63,453 nucleotides of DNA, filler included, from Kipferlia bialata (GCA_003568945.1; 6 parts of 6 records of this genome joined end to end with filler, not necessarily neighbours in it), one strand, 5' to 3'; counted from the first letter of the whole stretch, positions 12,886-25,718 are shown. Program-made: numbers and translations. Notes: generated from the letters alone by a model not told the origin.

Positions 12886-15265
12886 CCACAATGTGTTCCT
12901 TGTATCATCCTCCCCCTCCGAACCAGGGGCAGTGCAGGTCATGAACAGAGTATCCACACGCACTGACAGGCATAGGTATTGGTATATGTATAGTGTGTAT
13001 CTGTATGTTGTCTGTGTATACCGCCCCTATACTCCCCATATTTTTATATCCTCCAAGGACTAGCTGCACTATATATTATGATATATTATTATTATATTGT
13101 AATATATTATATTGTTATCAAATTTGTACTACTCTCCCTTGACACCTAGGCGGGCTGACCGCCCCCCATCCCGCTCTCTCTCCTTCTTCGGAGATAGTAC
13201 TCCTGACAGACATACCCCTGTGCATACAGATACCCACACTAGCACTGACAGTGTGTGGGTGAGGCCTGTCCTGGGTGACCTGGGGAGTGGGAGGGTGGTA
13301 CCAGGGGGGACAGGGGGGGAGGGCGTGGTGAGAGACGGGTCGGCAGGAAGCGTCCACACATTCGTAGGTGGGCATACTATGTACACTAATATTCAAAGTG
13401 TATAGTGATATGTACAGTGTATATATATATATATACCAATACACTCCTTTCCATCCTCTGACCCCCAGGCACCCCCAGCTACATGGCCCCTGAGGTGCTG
13501 TCTGGCTATGGCTATGGCCGCCCTGTCGATGTGTTTGGCATTGGGTGCCTGCTCAAGGAGATGTGCACACGGGAGCTGCCATTTGGAAAGGGTGAGTGGT
13601 ACTACTGAACTACTCAATTCGTGTATTGGCACTCCCACTCTCTTACCCTATCCTTAGCGATTCTATCTCAATCCTTATCGCCATGGATGTGTCCTACCAG
13701 TGATGGCTACCATCGTCTCCATATGTCTCTCTCTCCATATATAACTATGTTTGTATCCTATATATATATATATAAATAGCGTATATCTAACGAAGGCTCT
13801 GCCCAGCAGGTGATGGCCACCATCATCTCTTCATCTCTCTCTCTCTCTTTCTCTCTCTTTCTCTATCTTTCTCTCTCTATATATATAAACATATATTTCT
13901 ATATACATTCGTATCCTGTATCTATAACACATCTCTTACCCAGGCTCTGCCCAGCAGGTGATGGCCACCATCCGGTCTGGCACCTACAGCACAGCCATCC
14001 CCAGCATGTACCCCCCCTCCCTACACACCCTTGTGGCACAGTGCATGGCAGCCAAGGCCAGTCACAGACCATCCATTCAGGACGTGTACTCAGTACTATC
14101 TGGTATACAGGCTGACATGGAGAGGGAGAGGGAGAGAAGGAGTGCCGAGGCAGAACCCGCCCATATACTGAGTGCTCGGGTGCCAAGGGAGTCTCCTACA
14201 CCCTCACCTAGAGGGTCAATGGTTATGGATAGTACTCAGACTCTTCCTACTCCTAGCGCTTCATACCCACCTGACCCTGATTCTACTTCCACCTATGGGG
14301 GTGACACGGTGTCTAGGAGGTCTAGTGTTATACCACCCAGGTTGACCAGTGAGAGAGGGAGGGGGAGAGATGATGTGGTTGCGGTGCCCTCTGTCAGACA
14401 GAGCAGGGTCGGACGTGCCCCATTAACTGCCAGACACAGTCCCACACGCAGTGTTCACCTTAATACATCAGAGGGTAGGGATGGTAGTATGGATCACAGA
14501 GACTATCGGAGGGGTGGGAGGCGTGCCCCTCTTCGACAACGTCCCCAGTCAGCCAGTGCCTCTGGTCCTAGCAGGAGGGGTAGGGAGTCACTTGACAACC
14601 AAGAGCTGGGTGACAAGCATGTGTCGCACTACATGGCAGCCCACTTTGGGGTCAGGGCCCACATGCAGTCTCTGAGTGAACATGCACTTAGTAGGGAGAC
14701 GGTATCCACAGGGAGTGATGGGGTGGGGGACATCGGGTATCAGAAGGTGTATCACAGGGCTCCTTTGCGCTCAAGGGTTCCATCTACTGAACAGGAACCT
14801 ACAGTGACTAGTGTTAGACCCTCCTCTGCTAGAAGTGAGAGGGACATCGCTAGTGTGAGGGGTAGGGTGGAGAGAGAGGACGGTAGCAGGGGTAGAAGAG
14901 GCTGGGATGCACCCTCTGGGGGTTGGGCCCCCACCCATGCTGCCCAGGTAGGACTGGACCACCCAGACCCTGTCATTACGGGTAAGAAGCACTCACCTGT
15001 ACGCAGGGTCTCGAGACGACGCTCTGTGTCTAGTATGGGTAGGCCCAGAGTACCTGAGGTAGATATTGGCGCCAGACTTAGAGGGGAGGAGGAAGAGAGT
15101 GATGGGGAGGGAGACCTCTCCCATAGGGCCAAGGTGCTGAGACGGAGGGCGAGGCCTGTCTCAGCTAGGATAGCCAGACCCACCCCAGAGCCGGGTCCGT
15201 CTACCTATAAGGCAGATGCCCCGTCGGTCAGGAGGTTCAACTCTCTCTTTGAGACGTGGATGTAG
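12886..15265 (+). CDS. NEK/NIMA-like Ser/Thr protein kinase, 5'-truncated, with long disordered C-terminal tail
   Basis: HNVFL (end of VIb), VLGDLGSGR (VII), TFVGTPSYMAPEVL (VIII), YGRPVDVFGIGCLLKEMCT (IX), IPSMYPPSLHTLVAQCM...RPSIQDV (XI); Arg/Ser-rich tail to TAG at 15265. Confidence 0.8.
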
Positions 15266-15498
15266 ATAGACAGTTACCGTACCACTCCTATTATCGCCTT
15301 CACTACAGAATTCTCACCGTATCAGTGTAGTATAGAATCAATACTATGGATACACACAAAGACAATATCTCTTTACACATATATTGAACACTTGTGCTCT
15401 ACGAAGTGATTGCTTGGAGTCCAATCATTGGACAGCTATATTCCTAAGACAAGAGCACAGCTATGGCACACTCCGTGCCGCACCTTGGAGTCAATCAC

Positions 15499-18109
15499 CT
15501 AGGGCTTGTCGTCAGCTATCTTGAGCTTCTTGCAGGTGGGGCCGCAGACATGGCTCTTGAAGAACTGATCTATCCCGACCGCAGCCAGGTTAGTCCCGCC
15601 GTACTTGAGCTCATGCTTGCAGTGGATGACCGGGTCGGTGAGGGTGATCTCGGTCTTTCCCACCACACCCTGGATGTCACAGACCAAGTGGCTGCCCTTG
15701 GACACCACCCATGTCCAGTGGGAGAAGGCCTGGAGGTGCTCGTACTGGGAGTCCTTGTTCACGTAGCCGGTGTTGCTGTTGACCTTGACAAAGGTACCTG
15801 CTATTTCGGGCTCCAGGACACCGTAGGCGACAGGGCTGGTGTCGAACTCCACCATGCCGGGCACGATGTAGGAGAAGGTGGGGAGGTCGATACCCACCTC
15901 CTTGGCCCTAATGGCAAACTCACTAGCGAACTTGGCTGCTGCACACTGCGTGTACACGTCTATCAGCACACGCCTCCTAGCCCCACCGGCTACCCTGCCG
16001 CCCTGGTCTTTGTCGATCTTGACCACCAGGGCAATGTGCTTGTCCGCGTCCCAGCAGCGGAAGGCCAGACGGAAGGACCCGGCAGCGAAGGGGAGGGTGG
16101 CCATCCTCAGGGTCTGCTTGTCCACAGTCATGCTGGGGGCAAAGGTGTCTGGCAGCACCTCTGCCAGGGTGGCAGGTATCTTGTACTTGCGAAGCACAAC
16201 CTGGATTGTTAGAATGCTAAAACTATGTCATACAGTAGACTAGGTATCTCCTTGTCCATTATCTCTCCCAAGAGTACGGTTTGCATTCACAGTACACATT
16301 TTCTTACCTTGTTCTTCACGTACTCAGTGTCACCAGTCTCCATAGTGACGTCAGTGCACTTGATAATGGTCCCGTGGTGGGTGAGTGCCGCCGACCTCTG
16401 GCATATGGTGCGCTCCACCGTTGCTGTCAGGTTCTTGAACACAGTGACACTAAGCTCAGTAGGCTTCTGGGCATCAAACTCCACAATGGGGGGACGGCCA
16501 AGCTCCTTGAGCTCCTCGTTGAACCGAGAGACCATCTTGGTGGTGTACTTGGACCTGATGTATCCGAAGAGATACTGGATGTCCTTCTCGGCCAGCAGCT
16601 CCATTGCTGCGCTAGCAGTCAGGCCGTTGGGGTCACCGTCGGAGAAGTCGTCGTGCACACCCATGGAGTTGAACTCCTCTCCGTGTGGTGGGGCATCACC
16701 AATGTGGATGAGCATGCGGCTAGAGCCTGTGCGGAAGGGCAGCTGGGAGACGAGACGAATGCCCCCCATCACGTCCTCTGGTACGTCCCTGCCCCAGTGG
16801 CACTTGATGGCACCGACAAAGGCCTCAAAGGCAGCCAGGTCTCTGGTGAAGTTGAGGACGGAAGTGGTTGGAGACTTGGCGTGGACGTCAGTGTACCGCA
16901 CAAAGGCCACCTTGATGTTGAGGGTGGGGTTATCCTTCACCATGCCCTTGACGATGTCGGTGACGCCGTCCTTGACGGCCTTGATGTAGCTGGTATGAGA
17001 GATGTCCTGTCTTGCTCTTCTTGTAGCACAATTATACTATACTCAGAGTTGTATGTGTCTCTATTGGCTACCTCAGCATTGAGTTGGTGCAGTCCACAAG
17101 GAACACAAGGTCCACCTGCTGGGACCGCACTATCACCTTCAGGACCTGATACTTAGCAACTACTGTCTATGTATATAGTCCAGAACTGTATTATCACTGA
17201 AAGGTTCACATATATAGATGCATCATATACCTTTCTGATCTCCGACCTGCGTGCAGTAATCATGGCACGGATCTGTGTCTTGTTCAGTGGAGCACCGTCC
17301 TAGGCTAGGACTCCTAGCATGAGTTGGGTGTATATACGATGGCGATGAGTTATGGCCAGTCAATAGATTGAATTCTAGTGAGTATCACAATATGTAAACG
17401 CTATAGGCCTGGTCAAGGGCATGGTTAGCATCAGTAAGTGTCTCTATATGTATCACTAACCTGTATTGCACCAGGGTGGACCTTGACTATGGCTCCCACT
17501 GCACCTGTCTTTGTGGCTCCCCCTGTGTGCATGGCAGTGAGCACAGGGTTCCAGGTACCGGGCATGGCGTCCTCGGGGTGCCCCTTGGCAGCGGAAGTGG
17601 GACGGAAGGAGGGTGGGTGAGACAGGTTGGTGAGCCCAAGGAGCTTGAGGAGCTGAGGATCACCTCGTCCCTTGCCCTGGGCACGGACACCCGTAATGGA
17701 CCCAGCACCTACCAGGTGGGGGGCGGTGTTGCTCTGGTGTAGGTAGCAAGTAGCGGCATCACTGCGGAACGATACTGAGATATATAATGTAATAGAGTAG
17801 TGTGCTGATACGACATTGAGTTCAATGAGTATCGACAAGCGTGTAAACGTACCGAGAAGAAGAGTGGCCTGCAGTCCTCTATCTCCAGGTCCTTGCGGCA
17901 GATGGGACAGTAGAAGGGGGGCTGCTTGAGCCACCGCACGAGGCAGTGCTTGTGGAAGGGGTGACCACAGGGGGCAGACACACATTGGCCAGAAAAGGCT
18001 GCGGTGTGAGGTCCAGAGCTTAGAAGCATATACATTGTACCAAGAGAGGGAGGGCGCTTCTATATCGACATAACTAACCTTCCTGGCAAATGGGACATCA
18101 CTGACTCAT
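15499..18109 (-). CDS. RING-H2 / vWA / alpha-kinase (eEF2K/MHCK family) multidomain protein, with an in-frame TGA at codon 4
   Basis: CPICQE-AFSGQCVSAPCGHPFHKHCLVRWL..CPICR (RING-H2); VDLVFLVDCTNSM, DVPEDVMGG, LIHIGDAPPHG (vWA MIDAS); PFAAGSFRLAF, EPEIAGTFVKVNSNTG, QAFSHWTW, LVCDIQGV, LTDPVIH, FFKSHVCGPTC (alpha-kinase). Seven phase-compatible exons. Confidence 0.88.
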
Positions 18110-18323
18110 ATTGTTACCGGTAAAGAGTCACTTATGAAGGTTATGGTTGAGGTCGTGGAGTGGGTGTTCACTCGGCTACACGCAAACACAATCTGGTAAA
18201 CCTCAATTCAGTGGTATACAGTATAGGGTAAACGCTAGGGTTTCTGTATGATACCATATTGAGATAATATTGTCAGACCCTCTACACGCTTTGGCGACGG
18301 GTCTATTGGGTGCACAGAGACAT

Positions 18324-18988
18324 TTAGCCTATTTCCACTTCCACAACGACCACAGTTAACATTACGCCCAGCACCGACTCTGTGGCCGAGGAGGATGAAC
18401 CCCCACCGTAGCTACTTGAACCCTTGGTACACCAGGACACTATCGTGTATACTAGGGTGGCTACACCTGTGGCTAAGAAGAATTGAGCTGTGGGCCACGG
18501 CTTGTCTGTCCGGTACTGAGTGGGACCGAATAGGGAGAGAGGGCCATATATATCTCCGTAGTCCTCCCCTTCTGTGGGGTAGCACTCTGGGCACTCGTCG
18601 GGTGTCATGCACCTGCCCCCTGTCTGGGTGTGGTACAGCTCAGTATCAGTATCAGTATATATATAGTATATATAGATACTAACTAAATCTACTACTTATA
18701 TATATAGATACTGATACTGATACTGCCCCCTGTCTGGCTGTGGTACAGCTCCCCACCGTCGAAGGATACCAGCCAGCTCTCCTCCTTACCGTAGAAGTCG
18801 ACATCCAGGGCACACTCGTACTCATAGTCCCATTCCTCCGGGAAGGTGGGGGAGCTGGGATGGCAGCGACAGTCTGTGGTCCAGGTGGCGGGGCAGGACT
18901 GCCAGAACACCCTGATGCTCTCATTGTGTATCATACACACTATAAGTCCTACCATGCACAGGACAGGTGTGATGCCGGGTAGTTTCAT
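18324..18988 (-). CDS. Small Cys-rich membrane protein (hydrophobic segments at both ends), interrupted by a palindromic insertion or candidate intron
   Basis: MKLPGITPVLCMVGLIVCMIH..CPATWTTDCRCHP..ECALDV..HSQTGG / RCMTPDECPECYP..FFLATGVATLVYTIVSWC; two ORFs are joined across 18613-18751. Confidence 0.6.
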
Positions 18989-19179
18989 TAGTACTAGTAC
19001 TAGTAGAGTCAATGGAAGAGTGTGGTGATCGAAGCAAGTTGGGTTGTGTTACCACACAATTGTTCGGAAAATGTCCATACTCTCTACACGCTTTGAAACT
19101 CATTCCCAAACGCAGGTTGTGACAGGCCACTATAACAACAACTACATTACATATATTCAGACACACAAGCCTCCCCTAA

Positions 19180-21192
19180 GATACTCTACCATGGCCATCC
19201 ATAGATACGCTGTCCCAAGAGCTGGAAGATAGTCTCTCTCTCGCTCCCTCTCTCCCCCTACACCATCTCTGTCCTTGCCTGCCCCTCCGCTGGCACTCTC
19301 TCACTGACGTCTCTGCTGTTGCTGGGTAGGAGTGAGGTACTTACACCTCGGATGCGGTTGACACCGTTCTGAGGGGTGGGAGGGAGAGGGCATCGGGGGT
19401 AGAGATTGACAACAGCGACCAAGACAGGAAATGTATATAACCCGCTTGTGTTGCAGAGTGTATTGCATGCCTTGAGCCTGTCCCTGTTATATATAAATAT
19501 ATATATATATATATATGTGTGTGTATACTATGTATATAGTAACAATCTGCTTCGGTGTATACCTTGAGTCTGTCCCTGATACATACATACATCTTATATT
19601 AACATCTCATATACTATCGGTCAGCGACAACAAGACAATGAATACATGTGTGCCGTGGAGTGTACCTTGAGCCTGTCCCTGATATATATATATACATGTA
19701 TTAATATATATTTATACACATATGCTTTCGCGTATACCTTGAGCCTGTCTCTGATGGATGTCTTCTCAGCCACCTGGGGGTGAGGGAGGGACCAAAGGCT
19801 ACATAACCCAAATGAGTAACAACACACACAGCCCACATCCTCTTTGACCTGGGCCGCTGGTTGTCCAATGCAGTGGTGTCTACATATAATATACATATAT
19901 ACACATACATATATGAGTGCATGTGTATACAACTATATAACAATATATACCCCCACCTGCTCCTTGTTCTGAGGTGGCGGCCTCTGCCTCCTATATATAT
20001 ATATATATATATATAGGGATATATATCCATGTCCATATATCACTATACCTGCTCCTTGTTCTGAGGTGGTGGCCTCTGCCTCCTGACCCTCATCAGCAGG
20101 TTCCTGGTCCCGTGCCACGAGGCAGACAGCCACCCATTCAGGAGACCAGTCAACCTGGGGTGAGGGAGGTATGAGTCTCATACTATGAGATACTGCATCA
20201 GGCCTATATATCATATAGAATGGCCACTCTTATAGAAAGAATACCACTTATAACCACGGCAGCATTACTACTACTACTATACTCATGTATATATTATCAC
20301 CTACCCACTTTGCTGTGAAGGATGGAGAGTCGGAAGCACCAGCATAAAGAGACAAATTCAAACGTATATCATATGTACACATACTAATCTGTCACGTATG
20401 CACTCACTTTGCTGTGAAGGCTGGACTGGGGCAGTATCATTATACACTTGTGTATTATGTATCATATATACACAAGAATAATGTACTAACACCGATACTC
20501 ACTTCGCTGTGAAGGATGGGCATTACCAGCATATAAATATATATATATGTATATATATTCACACATGTCATGTATACACCCACTTTGCTGTGAAGGATGG
20601 ACTGGGGGCAGATCTGGCCAGGGTGTCAGAGGTGGGGAGGAGCATCCTGGGAGTGGGTGAGGGTCTACCAAAAGATACTGTATTCACAGCACAATACATA
20701 TATACTCTACCTAGGGGGTCTATACTCACAATACATATATACTCTACCTAGGCCCAGTTGCCACCCCCGATGTCATCTCGGGTGGCATGGACACAGGCAT
20801 GGCAGAGGAAGGGAGGGTGCCCTGCATGGTGGGGGCCTGGGAGGGGGAGTTGTTGGGGACCTGGGGGTGTCAAGTCGAGGATTAGTGGGAAGAGCATCAA
20901 CGCGATGGATTGATCTGTACCTGAGGTGGGGGAATGGCCTCCTGCCCTGTGTCCTGTGTGGCTGCAGTGTCTAGGGGGACTGGGGGTGCAGGGGGTGGGT
21001 TGTCAAGAGTCGCATCCTGAGGGGTAAGGGAGAGCATATCAGGAGTGTCATGTATTGGATTGGGGGGGGGGGGGATGGGGGATAGTGTACTAATGTATAA
21101 CAGAAAACACTGTAACACCTCCCCTCTACCTGTGGTGTGTCTGGGTGGGGTGGGAGGGGGTCCACCTCAGTGGAGGGACTGCAGTCCGTCAT
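19180..21192 (-). CDS. Hypothetical Pro-rich multi-exon protein; 3' end uncertain
   Basis: GT-AG bounded GC-rich exons: MTDCSPSTEVDPLPPHPDTPQ / DATLDNPPPAPP.. / VPNNSPSQAPT.. / PSPTPRMLLPT.. / LTGLLNGWLSASW..; donor-side echoes at 20307-20520 and 19470-19680. Confidence 0.45.
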
Positions 21193-21582
21193 CGGAGACA
21201 AAAGCTACTCTTCACTATAGAGATTGACCCAGAGAGTACAAGTACTCTGTCTAGTGGGAGTGTGGGTACAGGGGCTGCGTGTGGGAGGCTAGAGGAAGAC
21301 CCATGTGCGAAGAACACATTGGGACATCGGTATGAGAAGGTGAGGGTGGTGTGAAGACCTCAGAGCCATAGGAGCGCACGTTTGGTCCGTACATACACAA
21401 ACCACAAAAGGGGGTAGGGCTGGTCACTCTCTACAGGACCCTATTCATTGTAGAGTGTACAATGGAAGGGCGGTTCGATCTCGGAGGGGGTCACTACAGT
21501 AGAGGGCCAGCGCAACAGCAGAGCCTCAAGATCGTTACCCAAACTCGTGTGGTTTCGGCGTCTTTAGTGCTGTATCTGCAAG

Positions 21583-22498
21583 ATGGAACCAGTGCCGGGA
21601 GAGGACAAGCTCAACGAGCTGATGGCCAGGGTCAACAAGGCCCAGGAGGCATACAAGGGGCTGAACCAGGCCACAATCGACAGTATCTTCAAGGTGAGGC
21701 GTCTTTCTGTATGTCCTTGTTGTACTCTCCCACTATAGGGATTGGTAGTGTGCTAGGTATTGTCCTCTTGCTTTGTGGGTATGTCTTGGCATCTTTCCAT
21801 TGTTTTCTGTGTCCATGTCTACACTGAGGGGATTTGATATCACAATCTCTAGTGTGTTTGTGTCTGGCTCTGGCTCCTCTCACCCTGTGTTCCTCTCTCT
21901 GTTCCGGAGTCATACAAGTATCATCTCCCCTCAGTCTCCGTCCATAACAAACCATGTCTCTATCTTTACCCCCCCCCCTTCTCTCCCCAACCCCAGGCTG
22001 TCTCCATTGTCCTTCATGTCTCTCTCCCTCTCTTCCTCTCTCCCTCTCTCCCTCCTCCCAACCCCAGGCTGTGTCCATTGCCGCTGGCAATGAGCGTATC
22101 AAGCTGGCCGAGATGGCTGTGGCCGAGACAGGGATCGGCATAGTGGAGGACAAGGTATAGTCAAGGAATAGGCATGTCTCTCTCCCTCTCACTCTCTCTA
22201 CACACTCCATTCTTCCTCTCACCATCCAGGTCATCAAGAACCACTATGCGTCAGAGATCATCTACAACAAGGTGGGGGCAGTGTCCTAGTATTATTCATT
22301 ATACACACATTGTACTCCCTCTCCCACCTGTTCCCTCATCTCCCCCCGCTGGCGTGATGGGTTCTCTCTCTCTCTCCCTGCCTCACCCCTATAAGGTGAT
22401 ACATTCTCTCTCTCTCTCCCCCCCTCACCCCTAGTTCAAGGACATGCGCACCTGTGGAGTCATTGAGACAGACCACGTCAACGGCATCGAGAAGATAG
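21583..22498 (+). CDS. adhE: Bifunctional acetaldehyde/alcohol dehydrogenase AdhE, N-terminal 4 exons (cut by contig end)
   Basis: LNELMARVNKAQEAYKGLNQATIDSIFK / AVSIAAGNERIKLAEMAVAETGIGIVEDK / VIKNHYASEIIYNK / FKDMRTCGVIETD matches the AdhE N-terminus (E. coli: LAKMAVAESGMGIVEDKVIKNHFASEYIYN..KTCGVL). Only the ALDH part is visible. Confidence 0.88.
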
Positions 22499-22556
22499 GT
22501 TGGGTATTGCCCAGCCACCTCTCACTCTCAGTTGCAATAGTAATGAATGTTGGTAG

Positions 22557-22605
<49 letters not shown>

Positions 22606-22705
22606 NNNNNNNNNNNNNNNNNNNNNNNNNNNNNNNNNNNNNNNNNNNNTTAATTAATTAANNNNNNNNNNNNNNNNNNNNNNNNNNNNNNNNNNNNNNN
22701 NNNNN

Positions 22706-22756
<51 letters not shown>

Positions 22757-22860
22757 ATATATATCAATACCTGATGTTTGCCAGCTCCTTGACCCTGGCA
22801 CTATCTCTCTCGCTCTCTCTCTCTCTCTTTATATATATATAACTCTCTATATGTCAATAC

Positions 22861-25006
22861 CTGATGTTTGCGAGTTCCTTGACCCTGGCAGCAAGGGCAG
22901 AGGCCTCATCAACATCTGAGGAGTCAGAGTAGTATAGTATACAATATATATGCAATATATAATATGTATTTGTGATACATATACTATCATATACTAGGCA
23001 GCAAGGGCAGAGGCCTCATCAACATCTAGGGATAAGAGATACGTACTCTTAACATATTTGTTGAATATACTATACCGATATATATGTTATCATTATATTC
23101 ATATACTAGGCAGCAAGGGTAGAGGCCTCATCAACATCTGGAGTAAGGAGAGATATATGTATATATATATATTAGAATACGATATATCATATATACGCCA
23201 GATAGAATATGACAAAGCAAAGTATATACTCTATTTGTATTCACATCTATATAACCTATACGCATATATACTAGTCCCATAAGTATATATGTACTATACC
23301 TATAGCTGGAGCACCGAAGGACACCTCCCCATTCACACTGTCTATGTATAACAATGTACATAAATACATAGTATATACATACACACACACACACACATAT
23401 ATATATACCTACTGCAGGTGCCCCAAATGACACTTCACTATCCACACTGTCTATGTAGAACAGAGTATATATATAATATATAGTATATATATATAGTATA
23501 TACATAGACACACACACATATATATATAAATATGTAAATATGTATATACCTATAGCTGGGGCACCGAATGACACCTCTGTGTCCACGCTGTCTATGTAGA
23601 ACAATGTACATAAATGTATAGTATATTCATACACATTCATATATATATATATATATATATACCTATAGCTGGAGCACCGAATGACACTTCTCTATCCACA
23701 CTGTCTACGTAGAACAGCTGCCAGGGGTGGATGTGCAGATCAGCTACAGTGGCCTCCTCTGGACCCTTTTATCAGCGAATAAAGGGTGTAGGGGGAGAGA
23801 GAGTAATATGGGAATATTCCCATAGAGACAGCGAATAAAGTGCGTAGGGAGTGAGAGTCTGTAAAATGGGACACAAGGAGAGTGAATTACATATATATTG
23901 TCCTAAGAGATAGAGAGATTGAGTGAGTATTGACATACCATATAATAATTATCCAATCAATATATAGTGAAGGGAGAGAACAATACCTGGCTTGCAAAGC
24001 TCTTCTTGGCGGCAGAGGAGGTGGAGTACTTGACACCATTCAGACCCTGGGGTTGGTATATGTATGTATTTGTATGACTAGTTCATATATATATGTCTGT
24101 GTATATCATAATAGAGGTGGAGTACTTGACAGCATAGTCGCAGGTCACTATATACCATATAATATATGCCATATACTATAGGTAACTAGCATTACACTAT
24201 TACAAATATGGTGTAAGTGTATATATATATGTAAATGTGTGTGTGTATACATAATTATATATATACAAATACATACACTATACCTTGTATCCGTTGATGG
24301 AATAGTCCCAGTTCACAACAATGGGGACCTGGTTGTGAACACTATATAGATCCGAAATTACAAGGATATATGCTAGGAAACACGGATAGTAGAGATATAT
24401 GTGCCTATATTGATATGCCTATATGTCCTAATACCTCCTTGAGAGGTGACACCAGGGACACAGAGTGGAATACTCCAAATCACAATTAACATAGACTAAT
24501 ACAGTACTCTGCTATGTATATTTATACAGAGTAGTATATATATGCATATATAGACATGGTATATACCTCCTTGAGAGGTGACACCAGGGACACAGAGTGC
24601 AGCCCATCAGAGGACTCAAGGATGGCTGGGATTAGGGGTGTAGGGAGAGAGAGAGAGAGAGAGAGAAAGAGAGTACAGCCCATCAGAGGATGTCTGGGAT
24701 TAGGGGTATATACATACATATAAAATAGAAAGAGAGAGAGAGAGAGAGGGAGAAGGATGGTTGGGTCTAGGGGTGTAGAGACGGAGAGACAGGGAGATAG
24801 CCAGAGACAGGAAGCGATAGGTTCCACAGATAGTATAGCCAATTAGTGAGAGAGACGTCCTACCTGGGGTGTGAATATATATATGCTGTACCTATGGTAG
24901 TGGGGTCCTCTATTCCGAACCTCTGGGCCAGCATCTGCTGGATGGCTTGGTACGGCATGGACTGAGGGTAAGGGGGATATGTGGAACTATGTACATACAT
25001 ATATAT

Positions 25007-25044
<38 letters not shown>

Positions 25045-25682
25045 GTATGAAAGAGAGAGAGACAGAGACTCACGGTACGGCATAGACTGAAGGTTGGGGA
25101 TAGATTACTACAAATGAAATTGCTGAGTACCTCGTCCAGCTTGTCAAAGTATACTAGTAATGTGTATATATGTTTACCCATATTAATACATATATATACA
25201 TAACATAGAGTTGAGTACCTCGTCCAGCCACAGTGGCTCTGGCAGCTTGTCAAAGTGCAGACCGTGGTCAGAGGGGATGTACCTGCATTAGGGGTGTAGA
25301 CGGAGAGAGAGAGAGAGAGAGAGAGAGAGGTGGTCAAAGTGGAGACCGTGGTCAGAAGGGATGTACCTGTATTAGGGGTGTAGAGAGAGAGAGACATAGG
25401 AAGATATCGTATCGATTGAAACACTAGGTCCTCAAAATATCATACACCTGTATATAGTGTATAGATCTAGTATATGTATTGAAATACTCTGATACCTCTC
25501 AAACACCACTGGCACAGTCCCCTTCTCCTGCATGGGTGCATAGTCAGGGCATGCATCACTCTCTCCCTCTCTCTCTCCCTCTCTCTCAGCCTCTCTCTCT
25601 GCCTCTCCCACTCCAAACTCCATGTAGATGTCCAAGGTAGTGCCTTGGGGGATAGAGCTCCGTCCGTACACGTTGTAGCTGG

Positions 25683-25718
<36 letters not shown>

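Noticed and set aside
12654..12966. Poly-proline or poly-glycine ORFs (also 22444-22653 and 51854-52222)
   Set aside because: They are translations of poly-C tracts in introns or at contig ends.
11428..15265. Single receptor-like kinase (signal peptide plus kinase)
   Set aside because: No transmembrane segment, the kinase N-lobe is missing, and splice phases are incompatible across the poly-C tract.
15463..17156. Plus-strand ORFs 15463-16212, 16225-16989 and 16281-17156
   Set aside because: Antisense shadows of the GC-rich alpha-kinase/vWA exons. The same applies to 14752-15183, 46494-47348, 48887-49717 and 50042-50584.
18098..18100. Selenocysteine or alternative genetic code
   Set aside because: The TGA is not at a Cys ligand position and I could not identify a SECIS. 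TGA, TAA and TAG all terminate other genes here, and I saw no in-frame TAA/TAG in conserved exons.
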